A stretch of 64,000 nt of DNA. It comes from Gammaproteobacteria bacterium (GTDB lineage: Bacteria > Pseudomonadota > Gammaproteobacteria > CBDBNL01 > JAAOII01). Below are positions 37,415 to 47,191 of this stretch, piece after piece. Under the pieces are notes generated by a model. It worked only from the letters and a program-made list of their open reading frames with translations, was not told the DNA's origin and did not search any database. Position 1 is the stretch's first letter. Every line of letters starts with the position of its first letter. The DNA lies in NCBI GenBank assembly GCA_965207705.1, contig OZ242292.1, positions 1,033,309-1,097,308 on the forward strand, given 5' to 3'. The position numbers and the translations under genes were made by a program.

Positions 37415-39925
37415 TTATGAGGTATTAATTCGGCGTAATAAATCGCGCGGTGGCACCATTATGGCGCGACGACTCCATATAAAACCTATAAGTCCAGCTA
37501 ATATAGTGCTTATCAACGGACAGAGTAGCCAAAAATAATAATGGGCAACAAAACTCTGTTGCAACAAATATTCATAAACTGCCCATACGATAATCTCACT
37601 CCCTAATACTGCTAAAATTCCCGCTATAAACCCGATAAAACAAAACTCCAATAAATTATGAATTAGCGCCTGGCGGCTGGTCTCGCCCAACAGACGTAAA
37701 GTGGCGGTGGTGGTAGAACGCGAATCAATGCTAACTTGCAAGGCGGCAACAAATACTGCTATGGCAGATAGCAAACTTAACAACAGCACCAGCTGCATCG
37801 CATTAGATACTAAAGCAAGGATTGACTCAAGCTGCGCCAGAATTCGTTCAACCGAGATAATTGAAAAAGTTGGGAAATCCCGCACCACGTTCAGCAGAAA
37901 ATCTTTTTGTTCGGAAGGCAGGAAAAAGCTGGTGATAAAAGTGCGCGGAAAATCCTGCAGCGCATCAGAAGGAAATAAAACATAAAAGTTGGGCTTGAAG
38001 TCGCCCCAATCCACGCGGCGCAAACTAGTGGCGATGCCGTAGATCTTTCTGCCGCCCACCACAAATTCAAGCTTCATGCCCAGTTCAATATCAAAGTCCT
38101 TAGCTATTTCTTCTTCAACAGATATGGGGAAGGTATCAACTGCGTCTGACTTTGCAGCGCCATCTTGCCACCAACTGCCTTCAATTAATTGATTATGCTC
38201 AGGCAATTCATCGCCCCAGCCCAGGTTAAATTCTCTTTCCGCTTCATTATCATAAGTGCCAAGTCGTTTAGTGCGTTCAATTAAGGGCTCATCTTCCACG
38301 TGGGTAAGTTTGCCGCGCACCATGCCGGCAAATACTCCTTGCTTAACATTGTTTTCATCTAATAGGTTTTGGATACCCTCGACTTTATTAGGCGCGATAT
38401 TCACTAAAAAATAATTAGGGGTGTCGGGCTGAATATCGTTTTGCCAGTCGCTGATAAATGATAATCTCATTATGGTAAGGACACCGATCAACATAAAAGC
38501 GGCAGCAAAAGAAAGAATCTGAAAGCTATTAATATTCCAAGAGCGGTACAAAGAAACTACTGCTATCTTAAGCGTTACTGAAGAAGAGTTGCGTCCAACT
38601 CTATCATGGAGTAATTTAAGCAAGGCGTAGCCAACCAAACCCATCAGCAAAATTAATCCTAAAACGGCTCCAAAGAGTCCCAATGAGATAACGATATCTC
38701 TGCTATAAAATAATAACAGCGCAAAGATGCCGACAAAAGCAATTATGGTTGGCATAATTCTGCCGCCACTTGATGCCGTGGAAGATGGACGCAGAATAAC
38801 AGCTGGTGGAAGGGCGGCAAGTTTCCATAAACTAGGCAAGGCAAAAGCAAGCAAGCAAATAACTGCGCTAACAGCGCTAATAAGGAAGGGGGTAATGGAC
38901 AAAACCTTTTCCGCTGGCGGCAGAATTGATTGTAAATAATAAGCCGATGCCTTATAGCCAAGCCAGCCACCCACACAACCTACAAGATATGCTATGACCG
39001 CAGGAGGGATGATGCGACTCCACAGGTAAAGTAAAGCCCGACGCGGAGTATAACCAATGGTCTTGAGCAATGCCACATACTTGCGGTTGCGCTCAATGAA
39101 ATGACGCATACAAAGTAGCAGGGCAAATGAAGTTAAAATGATGCACAACGAGCCGCTCAACAGCAAAAAAGCGCGCAAGCGGCGCAGTATGTCACTAAAG
39201 CTCGCGTCCTCATCATTTGCCTGAGTGATGCGTTGATTTACTTGCAATAAAGGTTTGATATTATCAAGATATTCATTCAATATTGCTGCATCACCACTCC
39301 ATAAATAGCGATATCTTAAACGGCTGCCAGCAATGGCAAGCCCGGTTGCCGAGATGTCCTGCAGATTTATCATGGCGCGCGGGGCGAAAGAGAAAAAAGA
39401 TGCTCGTCCAGGTTCTTGCACCAAATAGGCGCTGAACTTTAACTCAGCTTCACCCACTGCTATGCTATCTCCCAACTTGGCGTCCAGCAGTAACGCAAGA
39501 AACTCTTCTAACCAGATTTCTCCACGCTTTGGCGGCGACGATATTTGTGGCTCGCCCTCGCTGCTAAACTTAGCAAGCAAAACTCCTTTCAAAGGATAAA
39601 ACTCATCAACCGCCCTTAATCGCGCAAGTTGGAATTTTTCTGTGTCGGGCTTGACTATTATAGAAGTAGTTCTTAAAGAACGCGATTCTTTCAACCCGGC
39701 TTCACGGGCGGGCTGTAATAGTTCTTCATCTACCGCTACTGACGAAGAAAGTTCAGCGTCTGCTCCGAGCAAATCCACCGAGTAGGTCCTAACTCCGCTT
39801 TCAAGCCGCTCTGCCAACAGAGCTGGAGCGGTGATAGCGGCACTGCCAAGCGCCAAGGCAAAAAGAAATATTTGAATTTCGCGATTGCGTAGCTCGCGCC
39901 CTATTTTATTAATAAAGTTCATCAT
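37415..39925 (-). CDS. ybbP: ABC transporter permease with two FtsX-like domains (YbbP family)
   Basis: 836 aa. Two blocks of four TM helices, each preceded by a large periplasmic domain. Immediately downstream of a MacB/LolD-like ATPase gene, as in E. coli ybbA-ybbP. Confidence 0.8.
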   Translation of the reverse strand: MMNFINKIGRELRNREIQIFLFALALGSAAITAPALLAERLESGVRTYSVDLLGADAELSSSVAVDEELLQPAREAGLKESRSLRTTSIIVKPDTEKFQLARLRAVDEFYPLKGVLLAKFSSEGEPQISSPPKRGEIWLEEFLALLLDAKLGDSIAVGEAELKFSAYLVQEPGRASFFSFAPRAMINLQDISATGLAIAGSRLRYRYLWSGDAAILNEYLDNIKPLLQVNQRITQANDEDASFSDILRRLRAFLLLSGSLCIILTSFALLLCMRHFIERNRKYVALLKTIGYTPRRALLYLWSRIIPPAVIAYLVGCVGGWLGYKASAYYLQSILPPAEKVLSITPFLISAVSAVICLLAFALPSLWKLAALPPAVILRPSSTASSGGRIMPTIIAFVGIFALLLFYSRDIVISLGLFGAVLGLILLMGLVGYALLKLLHDRVGRNSSSVTLKIAVVSLYRSWNINSFQILSFAAAFMLIGVLTIMRLSFISDWQNDIQPDTPNYFLVNIAPNKVEGIQNLLDENNVKQGVFAGMVRGKLTHVEDEPLIERTKRLGTYDNEAEREFNLGWGDELPEHNQLIEGSWWQDGAAKSDAVDTFPISVEEEIAKDFDIELGMKLEFVVGGRKIYGIATSLRRVDWGDFKPNFYVLFPSDALQDFPRTFITSFFLPSEQKDFLLNVVRDFPTFSIISVERILAQLESILALVSNAMQLVLLLSLLSAIAVFVAALQVSIDSRSTTTATLRLLGETSRQALIHNLLEFCFIGFIAGILAVLGSEIIVWAVYEYLLQQSFVAHYYFWLLCPLISTILAGLIGFIWSRRAIMVPPRDLLRRINTS

Positions 39926-39997
39926 TATTCATCATTATGTATCATTATTTATCGTGGTATCAGGTGGGCTCGCCCATAAGGCGCCGCTGGCATAAGG

Positions 39998-40064
39998 GGG
40001 GATAGAATATATAGAGGGGATAGAATGTATAAGGGATAGAATGTATAAGGGATAGAATGTATAA
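39998..40064. repeat. Tandem 16-bp repeat (gggatagaatgtataa, ~4 copies) in the ybbA-ybbP intergenic spacer
   Basis: An 18-bp variant gggatagaatatatagag, then three copies of gggatagaatgtataa at 40016..40064. Preceded by an atcatta x3 microrepeat at 39926..39960. Confidence 0.75.
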
Positions 40065-40076
40065 GTAGATAAATAC

Positions 40077-40808
40077 TTATGAAGCTGCCTGGTTGTTAAT
40101 TGAGATTTTTGCCAACTTGCCTTCCTTAAGCTCGTAAGCGCTATCACACATAGCTGCAAGTTTCATATCATGAGTTACCAACAGTAAGGTGGTCTCATTC
40201 TCTTTGTTTAAATTAAACATTAAGGAAGATATTTGTCCTCCAGTGGCAAGGTCCAGATTACCGCTTGGCTCATCAGCAAACAACAACAATGGACGCGCCG
40301 CAAAGGCGCGCGCCAAAGCGGTGCGCTGCTGTTCTCCCCCTGATAATTGAGAGGGGTAATGGTTTTGCCGCTCTTCAAGCCCAACTTTTTTGAGTTCCTC
40401 GGATGCTCGGCTTGCGGCGTCTTTCACCCCGCGCATCTCCAGGGGAAGCATTACATTTTCTAATGCTGTCAGATGTGGCAACAGCATAAAGTCCTGAAAG
40501 ACGAAAGCCAATTTATTAGCGCGCATGATGCTACGCGCTGCCTCATTAAGTTTGGTTATATCTACGCCATCTATGCTTATTTCTCCGCTATCAGGCAGAT
40601 CAAGCCCTGCCAACAAAGATAGCAGAGTGCTTTTACCGCTGCCAGATACTCCCACTATGGCAACTGTTTCGCCTTTATGTATTTTTACGTTTAGTGAATC
40701 AAGAATACTTAAAGAAACTCCAGCGGAACTGGCACTGGATTTGTTAGCAAACTTTTTGGTTACTCCCACTGCCTCAAGTAGGACAGTTTTATCAGTTATT
40801 TTTCCCAT
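40077..40808 (-). CDS. ybbA: ABC transporter ATP-binding protein (YbbA/LolD-like)
   Basis: ORF 40077..40886. The likely start is the internal Met (MGKITDKTVLLEAVGVTKKF). Walker A GVSGSGKST, ABC signature LSGGEQQRTALARA, Walker B LLFADEPSGNLD. Confidence 0.85.
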   Translation of the reverse strand: MGKITDKTVLLEAVGVTKKFANKSSASSAGVSLSILDSLNVKIHKGETVAIVGVSGSGKSTLLSLLAGLDLPDSGEISIDGVDITKLNEAARSIMRANKLAFVFQDFMLLPHLTALENVMLPLEMRGVKDAASRASEELKKVGLEERQNHYPSQLSGGEQQRTALARAFAARPLLLFADEPSGNLDLATGGQISSLMFNLNKENETTLLLVTHDMKLAAMCDSAYELKEGKLAKISINNQAAS

Positions 40809-40980
40809 AGTAGTGTCATTATGCTGATTTGAATCATTATTAGGTTTCATATACAAAGCATTATACAAGAGTGTAGAAAAAATCAAGTTACAACCCCAAC
40901 TCGCTCCTTGTTATGTTAAAATTAAACCCTATATTTTTATTATGTTCTTTATTATCAATAATTCATATATGTTAGATTAA

Positions 40981-42231
40981 ATGATGAAAAAATCTTTATT
41001 TTATATATTCACAATAACTTGCGCTTTCACTTTAGGGGCTACCAGTGTTTTATGGGTGGATTCTATTAGAAATAGCTCTGATAGCGCATCACGAGGGTCC
41101 TCGGAGTCCGCAATACCTTTAGTGCCTACCATACCTTCCGCGCCTTCCTCTGAACAGGAGCCCACAGAAACGCCAATTACCGATACAGCAGAAAGGGCTA
41201 TCGTCCAAGAGATAAGTTCTTTTGCCCAGGCAGTGGAAATTGCCGCTCCCGCAGTAGTTAATGTATTTACTTCAAGGACAGAAACCAGGCAGCCGAATGT
41301 ATCGCCATTTTTTGAAGCTCCGTTTAATAACCCCTTCTTTGATAATTTCTTCGGACAGCAACGCGGCGCGCCAGAAGAAAGAATTATGCGTAGTTTGGGC
41401 TCGGGGGTTGTTATTGAAAGTAATGGGTTAATCGTAACTAATAATCACGTAATCACCAACGCCGATGATATTTTAGTGGCGCTGCGCGATGGACGTGAAG
41501 CCAGGGCTGAGGTAATCGGCGTAGATCCTGAAACTGATATAGCGGTCTTGCAAATTGAAATGAGCGATCTTCCCTCATTGAAATTTGGCGATATTGAAGA
41601 TGTCCGAGTGGGGGACTTAGTTCTTGCCATAGGCAACCCTTATGCCGTAGGGCAAACAGTTACTCAAGGAATAATCAGCGCCATAGGACGTAGCGATGTA
41701 GGAATAGCCACCTTTGAGAACTTCTTGCAAACAGACGCCGCCATTAACCCTGGTAATTCAGGGGGCGCTCTTATAAACACCAAAGGCGAGTTATGGGGCA
41801 TTAATACAGCTATCTTCTCAAGAAGCGGCGGTTCACAAGGGATTGGCTTTGCTATTCCAGTGGATTTGGTGCTGGAGATTGTGGAACAAATCAGAACTGG
41901 AGGGAAAGTAGACCGTGGTTGGATGGGCTTGTATCTTAGAGATGTCTATGAGGATGAAGGAAATAATAACAACCAAGGCGCTGCACCAAAAAAAGAAAAG
42001 TCGCAAATATATGTGGCAGGCGTTTACCGCCAGAGTCCCGCTTTTGATGCCGGCATAATGACGGGCGATGAAATTATTAATATAGATAGCCAGTATTTCG
42101 CTGATACCAAAGAGTTGGTGCGTTATGTGGCTAATAAATCACCAGGCGAAGTTATCAATGCTACTATTAGGCGCGGAGAAAGTGAGATTGACATTATCAT
42201 CACTCTGAGTTCTCGCCCCAACGCAGAATAG
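40981..42231 (+). CDS. Periplasmic trypsin-like serine endoprotease of the HtrA family (DegS/DegQ-like), one PDZ domain
   Basis: 416 aa. N-terminal membrane anchor or signal, Ser/Pro-rich linker, catalytic triad context (HVITNADD, D in DIAVLQI, GNSGGAL), C-terminal PDZ-like region. Confidence 0.8.
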   Translation: MMKKSLFYIFTITCAFTLGATSVLWVDSIRNSSDSASRGSSESAIPLVPTIPSAPSSEQEPTETPITDTAERAIVQEISSFAQAVEIAAPAVVNVFTSRTETRQPNVSPFFEAPFNNPFFDNFFGQQRGAPEERIMRSLGSGVVIESNGLIVTNNHVITNADDILVALRDGREARAEVIGVDPETDIAVLQIEMSDLPSLKFGDIEDVRVGDLVLAIGNPYAVGQTVTQGIISAIGRSDVGIATFENFLQTDAAINPGNSGGALINTKGELWGINTAIFSRSGGSQGIGFAIPVDLVLEIVEQIRTGGKVDRGWMGLYLRDVYEDEGNNNNQGAAPKKEKSQIYVAGVYRQSPAFDAGIMTGDEIINIDSQYFADTKELVRYVANKSPGEVINATIRRGESEIDIIITLSSRPNAE

Positions 42232-42280
42232 ATAACGCCTGTCACTTCAGGTACTACTACCCAAAAACCCAATTAACCCA

Positions 42281-43552
42281 GTGAGGAGCAAAATTGAAGC
42301 TGTGCGCGGAATGCCCGTGCTTCCGCCGCCACATAGCGACAAGCGGCGGCGAATTGAAGATACTCTTATTCGTATCCTGCTGAATTTTGGTTATGCCGAA
42401 ATGCGTGTGCCTATAATTGAGAGGACCGAACTTTTTAAACGTTCCATTGGCGACACAACCGACATCGTAGAAAAAGAGATGTATGAGTTTGCCGACAAAA
42501 AAGGGCTTTCCATCTGCCTGAGACCCGAAGCAACCGCTGGTATGATGCGTGGAGGTATTGGTTTGGGGATGTTTGCAGAAACACAAAGGATTTGGTGCTT
42601 GGGACCTATGTTCCGCTATGAGAGACCACAAAGTGGCAGAGCGCGTCAATTTGACCAATTAGATGTGGAGGCGGTTGGTTTTAGCAGCCCTAGCATAGAT
42701 GCCGAGTTAATCTGGCTATCATCGCTACTATGGGAAGCATTAAATATTACACCGCGTCCTATATTACAGATAAATGCCCTGGGTTCTGTGGAAACACGAC
42801 AAATCTATTCCGCGGAATTAAAATCATATTTAGAAAAGCATCGCAGTAAATTAGATGAAGATTCCCAACGGCGTCTTAATTCATCTCCTTTGCGCATAAT
42901 GGACTCCAAAAGCCCGGAAACCCAATCCGTTCTGCGCGACGCCCCAGTAATCTCCTCCTATTGGGATGATGAAACCCGCGCGCATATCAACGGAGTGACA
43001 AATATTTTGGATTCTTTGGGCATACCTTATGAAATGAATAATAAATTAGTGCGTGGATTGGACTATTATGACAAAATGGTGTTTGAATGGGTTAGTGGAG
43101 ATTTGGGAGCACAGAATACCGTTTGTGCCGGAGGACGTTATGATGGCCTTATCAAACAGCTTGGTGGTAAAGAGACCCCAGCGGTAGGTTTTGCTTTGGG
43201 AATGGAGCGGCTAATGCTGTTGTTAGAGGGCGAGGGAAATCAGGACTCCCAGCAACAAGATGATGAGAAACATAACCATTTATCTTTGCTTGCTTTAACA
43301 GATGATGTTCAGATTTTTACATTACTGCAAAAACTAAGGGGTAATTTACCCAATTTTGTTATAGAATGTGATTTTAGCGTTGGAAGTTTAAAAAGCAAGC
43401 TAAAAAGAGCTTCAAAAAAAGGGGTTTCTTATGTGCTGATAGTTGGCGATGACGAATTAGCAGCACAACAACTTACGTTAAGAGATATGCGTCAAGGGCA
43501 ACAAGAAACATTGGAGTATAAGGATTTAATTAACAAACTTATAAACGTATAA
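42281..43552 (+). CDS. hisS: Histidine--tRNA ligase
   Basis: 423 aa. Class II aaRS motifs. N-terminus matches the HisS pattern (AVRGM...LP, RIEDTL, EVTDIVEKEMY, LRPEATAG). Confidence 0.95.
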   Translation: MRSKIEAVRGMPVLPPPHSDKRRRIEDTLIRILLNFGYAEMRVPIIERTELFKRSIGDTTDIVEKEMYEFADKKGLSICLRPEATAGMMRGGIGLGMFAETQRIWCLGPMFRYERPQSGRARQFDQLDVEAVGFSSPSIDAELIWLSSLLWEALNITPRPILQINALGSVETRQIYSAELKSYLEKHRSKLDEDSQRRLNSSPLRIMDSKSPETQSVLRDAPVISSYWDDETRAHINGVTNILDSLGIPYEMNNKLVRGLDYYDKMVFEWVSGDLGAQNTVCAGGRYDGLIKQLGGKETPAVGFALGMERLMLLLEGEGNQDSQQQDDEKHNHLSLLALTDDVQIFTLLQKLRGNLPNFVIECDFSVGSLKSKLKRASKKGVSYVLIVGDDELAAQQLTLRDMRQGQQETLEYKDLINKLINV

Positions 43553-43560
43553 TAAGGAAT

Positions 43561-44340
43561 ATGGTACTTAATCAGCAGGAACAGGAAATATTTGATAAGA
43601 TAAAGCATTTTTTGCGCTCTTATGGCTTGCCCTTAGGGCTAGGATTGACGATTAGCTTGGGTTCCGTTTTAGCATGGAACGGTTACAGCTATTACCAAAT
43701 AAAGCAAAGAGGGTTGGCAACTAACGTATATCAACGCTTTTTACAAATTGATGATGCCTATAAAGAAGTGCAAGCAGAAATTGATGTTAGTTCTTTGAAT
43801 GAAGCACTATCAAGTAATAGTCCAACGGACTTTGGCGCCACGGACATCAATAGCGCGACTCCTGGGGCAACATTTAATGCAAGCAATGAAGTCAGCGCAA
43901 CGTCTATAGGATTCTTGTATAACAACATGTTAGAAATAGCAGACGTATTAAAAGAGGATTTCCCCCGCCAAAGCTATACGGGCTTTGCTGCTATGCGCAT
44001 GGCTGCGCTTGATGCAATGAATGGCAATGTAACTTCAGCAACTAATCAACTACAGTGGGTGGTCAAAAATGTTGCCAGTGATCGCATTGCGTCTTTGGCT
44101 TCTGTTATGCTTAGCCGCTCTTTGTTAGCTGAGAAAAAGTATGATGAAGCATTGGCAATCTTATCTAGCAACAAAGTTCAACGTATAGAGTTGGCGGAGA
44201 TAAGCGAAATACGGGGTGATATTTATTATGCAAGCGGCGACTATCAAGAAGCCCGTACCGCTTATGAAGATGCTGCGACTCGTGGAGGAGAGAACCCTCG
44301 CCTTAAATACAAGCTGTTACGTTTGCCTGCCACTGAATGA
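43561..44340 (+). CDS. yfgM: YfgM family ancillary SecYEG translocon subunit (UPF0070), N-terminal TM plus TPR-like domain
   Basis: 259 aa. Architecture and N-terminus match YfgM (QEIFDKIKHFLRSYGLPLGLGLTISLGSVLAW). Conserved position between hisS and bamB. Confidence 0.7.
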   Translation: MVLNQQEQEIFDKIKHFLRSYGLPLGLGLTISLGSVLAWNGYSYYQIKQRGLATNVYQRFLQIDDAYKEVQAEIDVSSLNEALSSNSPTDFGATDINSATPGATFNASNEVSATSIGFLYNNMLEIADVLKEDFPRQSYTGFAAMRMAALDAMNGNVTSATNQLQWVVKNVASDRIASLASVMLSRSLLAEKKYDEALAILSSNKVQRIELAEISEIRGDIYYASGDYQEARTAYEDAATRGGENPRLKYKLLRLPATE

Positions 44341-45551
44341 TGCTCAACCCTGGGCAGATTTTAGCTGGCTTTAGCCGTTTATCAATGCAAATCTTTTTTT
44401 GCCTGCGTTCGCAGCAACTATTCCTACTTCTTCCTATCCTGGCTATCCTGTTGATAGCAAGTTGCGCCCAAAATGCCGTCAAATTATCCCCTCTGCCCAA
44501 ATATGAAAAAGAAGTTGCGGTTAAGCTTAATTGGCGAGTTAATTTAGGTAGGGGATCTCGTCTACAATTGCGTCATCAGTCGCCAGCAGAAGTGGGCGAT
44601 GTTGTATACCTATGTGACTGGCGCAGATTAATTGCCCTTGATCTCACAAACGGCAAACGATTGTGGCGCAAAAAACTCGGCGCGCCCATAAGCGGTTGCT
44701 TGGCTCATTTTGGTGAGCGGATTTATCTAAGCGATGAAGATGGAGTAGTATATGCAATTAATGCCGAAAATGGAGATGTTCTTTGGCAAAAACAACTGGA
44801 TGCTGATAGTGTTACCCCTCCAACTGCCAACGAGAGTATAGTTTTAATCCAAACAGTTAGTGAAAAATTATATGCCCTTAACGCCAATGATGGCACCCAG
44901 CTTTGGAGCTATAGCGCCTATAATCCAGGATTAACTCTTTTTGGCTCCTTTCATCCTATTATTATTGGCAATATTGCCATTAGCGGTTTTGCCGATGGTT
45001 CAGTAGTAGTGTTTGATTGGAGCAGCGGCAACCCAGTTAGCTTTAGACAAATTTCCGTCCCACAAGGACAAAGTGATATTGAAAGGTTGGTAGATATAGA
45101 TGCAACCGCTATTTTTGATGAAGGACAATTATACATGTCTTCTTATGGCGGGACCACTTTAGGGCTTGATTTACGCAGCGGCACAGAGATATGGCGCAAT
45201 GATATAGGGAGTTTCTTAACTATGGCTGAGGATAGCGAGCGCCTGTTTGTAGTTGATAAAGATAATCGCATTTATGCTATCAAGAAAAGCGACGGTGAAA
45301 TTATCTGGCAAAGAGAAGATTATCTTTATCGCGGACTAACTGCGCCAGTTTTGTTTGATGACTATCTAGCAATGGGGGATAGAAACGGTCAGCTACACGT
45401 TTTTTCCAGTGAAGATGGATCTTCTATAGGGCGTAGAAAAATGGGATTAAAAGATATTATTAATTTCATGGTTGCAACATCGGAAGGTCTATTATTAATT
45501 GATAAAGAGGGTTTTGTTAATATGTTGCAAATTGAAGAAAAATCTCAATGA
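44337..45551 (+). CDS. bamB: Outer-membrane protein assembly factor BamB (PQQ-like beta-propeller lipoprotein)
   Basis: 404 aa. Lipobox LIASC. Repeated PQQ-type blade motifs (LWR/LWQ, A.N..G..LW). Synteny hisS-yfgM-bamB-der. An alternative start at 44385 (MQIFF) is possible. Confidence 0.8.
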   Translation: MMLNPGQILAGFSRLSMQIFFCLRSQQLFLLLPILAILLIASCAQNAVKLSPLPKYEKEVAVKLNWRVNLGRGSRLQLRHQSPAEVGDVVYLCDWRRLIALDLTNGKRLWRKKLGAPISGCLAHFGERIYLSDEDGVVYAINAENGDVLWQKQLDADSVTPPTANESIVLIQTVSEKLYALNANDGTQLWSYSAYNPGLTLFGSFHPIIIGNIAISGFADGSVVVFDWSSGNPVSFRQISVPQGQSDIERLVDIDATAIFDEGQLYMSSYGGTTLGLDLRSGTEIWRNDIGSFLTMAEDSERLFVVDKDNRIYAIKKSDGEIIWQREDYLYRGLTAPVLFDDYLAMGDRNGQLHVFSSEDGSSIGRRKMGLKDIINFMVATSEGLLLIDKEGFVNMLQIEEKSQ

Positions 45552-45610
45552 TAGCATCAATAATTTTGCTAGTGATTTTGCCAATAAAGGTTTATACTTA
45601 ACTTATCACT

Positions 45611-47116
45611 ATGCTTTTTCAAGTTGCCCTAGCTGGTAGAACTAATGTCGGGAAATCTTCTCTATTCAATCGTCTATGTAAAAGTGCTCCTCCCCGCAGG
45701 GGTAAGCACACGGAGGAAGATGCAGCAAACCCTGCTGCTCCTGCGCGCACGCAACCATACTCAAGCCGCTCACAACGCAAGGCGATAGTTGCAAACTCTG
45801 ATGGAGTAACCCGTGACTTGCTGTGCGGAGTTGTCCCAAGCGCCCATGGCGACTTTATCCTAATTGACAGTCCTGGACAGATGATGGACAACGAAGCATT
45901 GCATAAGTTAATGGAAGAACAAGCGCGCAAGGCATATACAATGGCGGACTTATTATTATTTGTCTGTGATGGGAAAGAAGGGCTGACTGCCGCAGATGAA
46001 AGAATTGCCACAGAAATTCATGCCAGTAATAAAAACTGCATTTTATTGGTGAATAAAATGGACCATAATGCGGATGAAGGGGCGATAGCGGACTTCTATC
46101 GTTTTGGTTTCCCCGTTATCGGAGTATCGGCAAAGAGCAGTTTAGGTATAAAAGATTTACGCAACGAGATAGAACGGCAAATTGCTAAAAAAGAAGCAGC
46201 AAACGAAGTGGATGATAATTTACCACCGTCAACCGGTGGTACTGATGCTGATGATACGGCAACTCCAACGCCAAAAGCGCATATTCCCGCCATCGCTCTG
46301 CTCGGCTGCCCTAATGTTGGCAAGTCAACTCTTGCCAATCTGCTACTAAAAGAAGAGCGGCAACTGGTGCATGACAAACCTGGCTCTACTCGCGACAGCG
46401 TTCTCTTGCCTTTCACTATGGATAAATCTACCAAAGAGGGAACCAGCAAAGAGGATTGGATGTTAATTGATACTGCAGGCATAAGACGCAAGAGTAGAGT
46501 CAATGAAAGCTTAGAGCAGCTCATGGTAACCTCAGCAATTCATGCTATATATGACAGCGATGTTGTTATTTATATAGTTGATGCCACTGAAGGACTGAGG
46601 CATCAGGATAGCGCCTTATTGCATTTAGCGGAAAGAGCCGGCAAGGGTCTGGTTATAGCTGTGAATAAAGCTGACCTGCTTGACGAACAACAAAGGAAGG
46701 ACTTAAAGGGGCTATTGGAATGGGACTTGGCTTTTATTGATTACGCTCCTTGTCATTTTATTTCTGCCGCCAAGAATAAAGGTATAAAGGAATTACTAAA
46801 GTCGGTGCAGTTGGCGCGCCGTTCTGCAGAAACTAGCTGGGACACCACCGCCTTGAATCGTGTTTTACAAGCATTACTTAATAATCATCCTCCTCCTTTG
46901 AGGCAAGGAATGCGCAGCAACCTGCGCTACGCAAATCAAATTCACGATAAGCCCCCTCATCTTGTGATTCACGGCAAGCGGCTACAGCAATTACCTAACG
47001 GATATAAGAAGTATTTACAAAAAAGCTTTTCACGGGAAATGAAGTTACAGGGCGCTCCCCTTAAAATTTCCTACAAAACTGACGATAATCCTTATGGTGG
47101 CTCACGCCAGCGTTAG
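45611..47116 (+). CDS. der: Ribosome-biogenesis GTPase Der (EngA), two tandem GTPase domains plus KH-like C-domain
   Basis: 501 aa. G1 motifs GRTNVGKSS and GCPNVGKST, DTAG motifs, NKxD motifs (NKMD, NKAD). A ~28-aa basic/Pro-rich insert lies between the P-loop and switch I of domain 1. Confidence 0.9.
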   Translation: MLFQVALAGRTNVGKSSLFNRLCKSAPPRRGKHTEEDAANPAAPARTQPYSSRSQRKAIVANSDGVTRDLLCGVVPSAHGDFILIDSPGQMMDNEALHKLMEEQARKAYTMADLLLFVCDGKEGLTAADERIATEIHASNKNCILLVNKMDHNADEGAIADFYRFGFPVIGVSAKSSLGIKDLRNEIERQIAKKEAANEVDDNLPPSTGGTDADDTATPTPKAHIPAIALLGCPNVGKSTLANLLLKEERQLVHDKPGSTRDSVLLPFTMDKSTKEGTSKEDWMLIDTAGIRRKSRVNESLEQLMVTSAIHAIYDSDVVIYIVDATEGLRHQDSALLHLAERAGKGLVIAVNKADLLDEQQRKDLKGLLEWDLAFIDYAPCHFISAAKNKGIKELLKSVQLARRSAETSWDTTALNRVLQALLNNHPPPLRQGMRSNLRYANQIHDKPPHLVIHGKRLQQLPNGYKKYLQKSFSREMKLQGAPLKISYKTDDNPYGGSRQR

Positions 47117-47191
47117 TTAGCGCATTCATCTTTTCCTTAATCTCCTCTAACAATAAAAATAATTACTCTTGGCTGTATGCCAGCGAGAATA

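Noticed and set aside
39998-40064. Possible CRISPR array
   Set aside because: The repeats are directly adjacent with no unique spacers, and there are only ~4 copies of a 16-bp unit. This is a simple tandem repeat, not a CRISPR.
39935-40159. 74-aa minus-strand ORF spanning the ybbA stop region
   Set aside because: It is created by reading through the 16-bp tandem repeat array (YTFYPLYILSLIHSIPSIYSIP). It overlaps the real ATPase gene end and has no coding signal.
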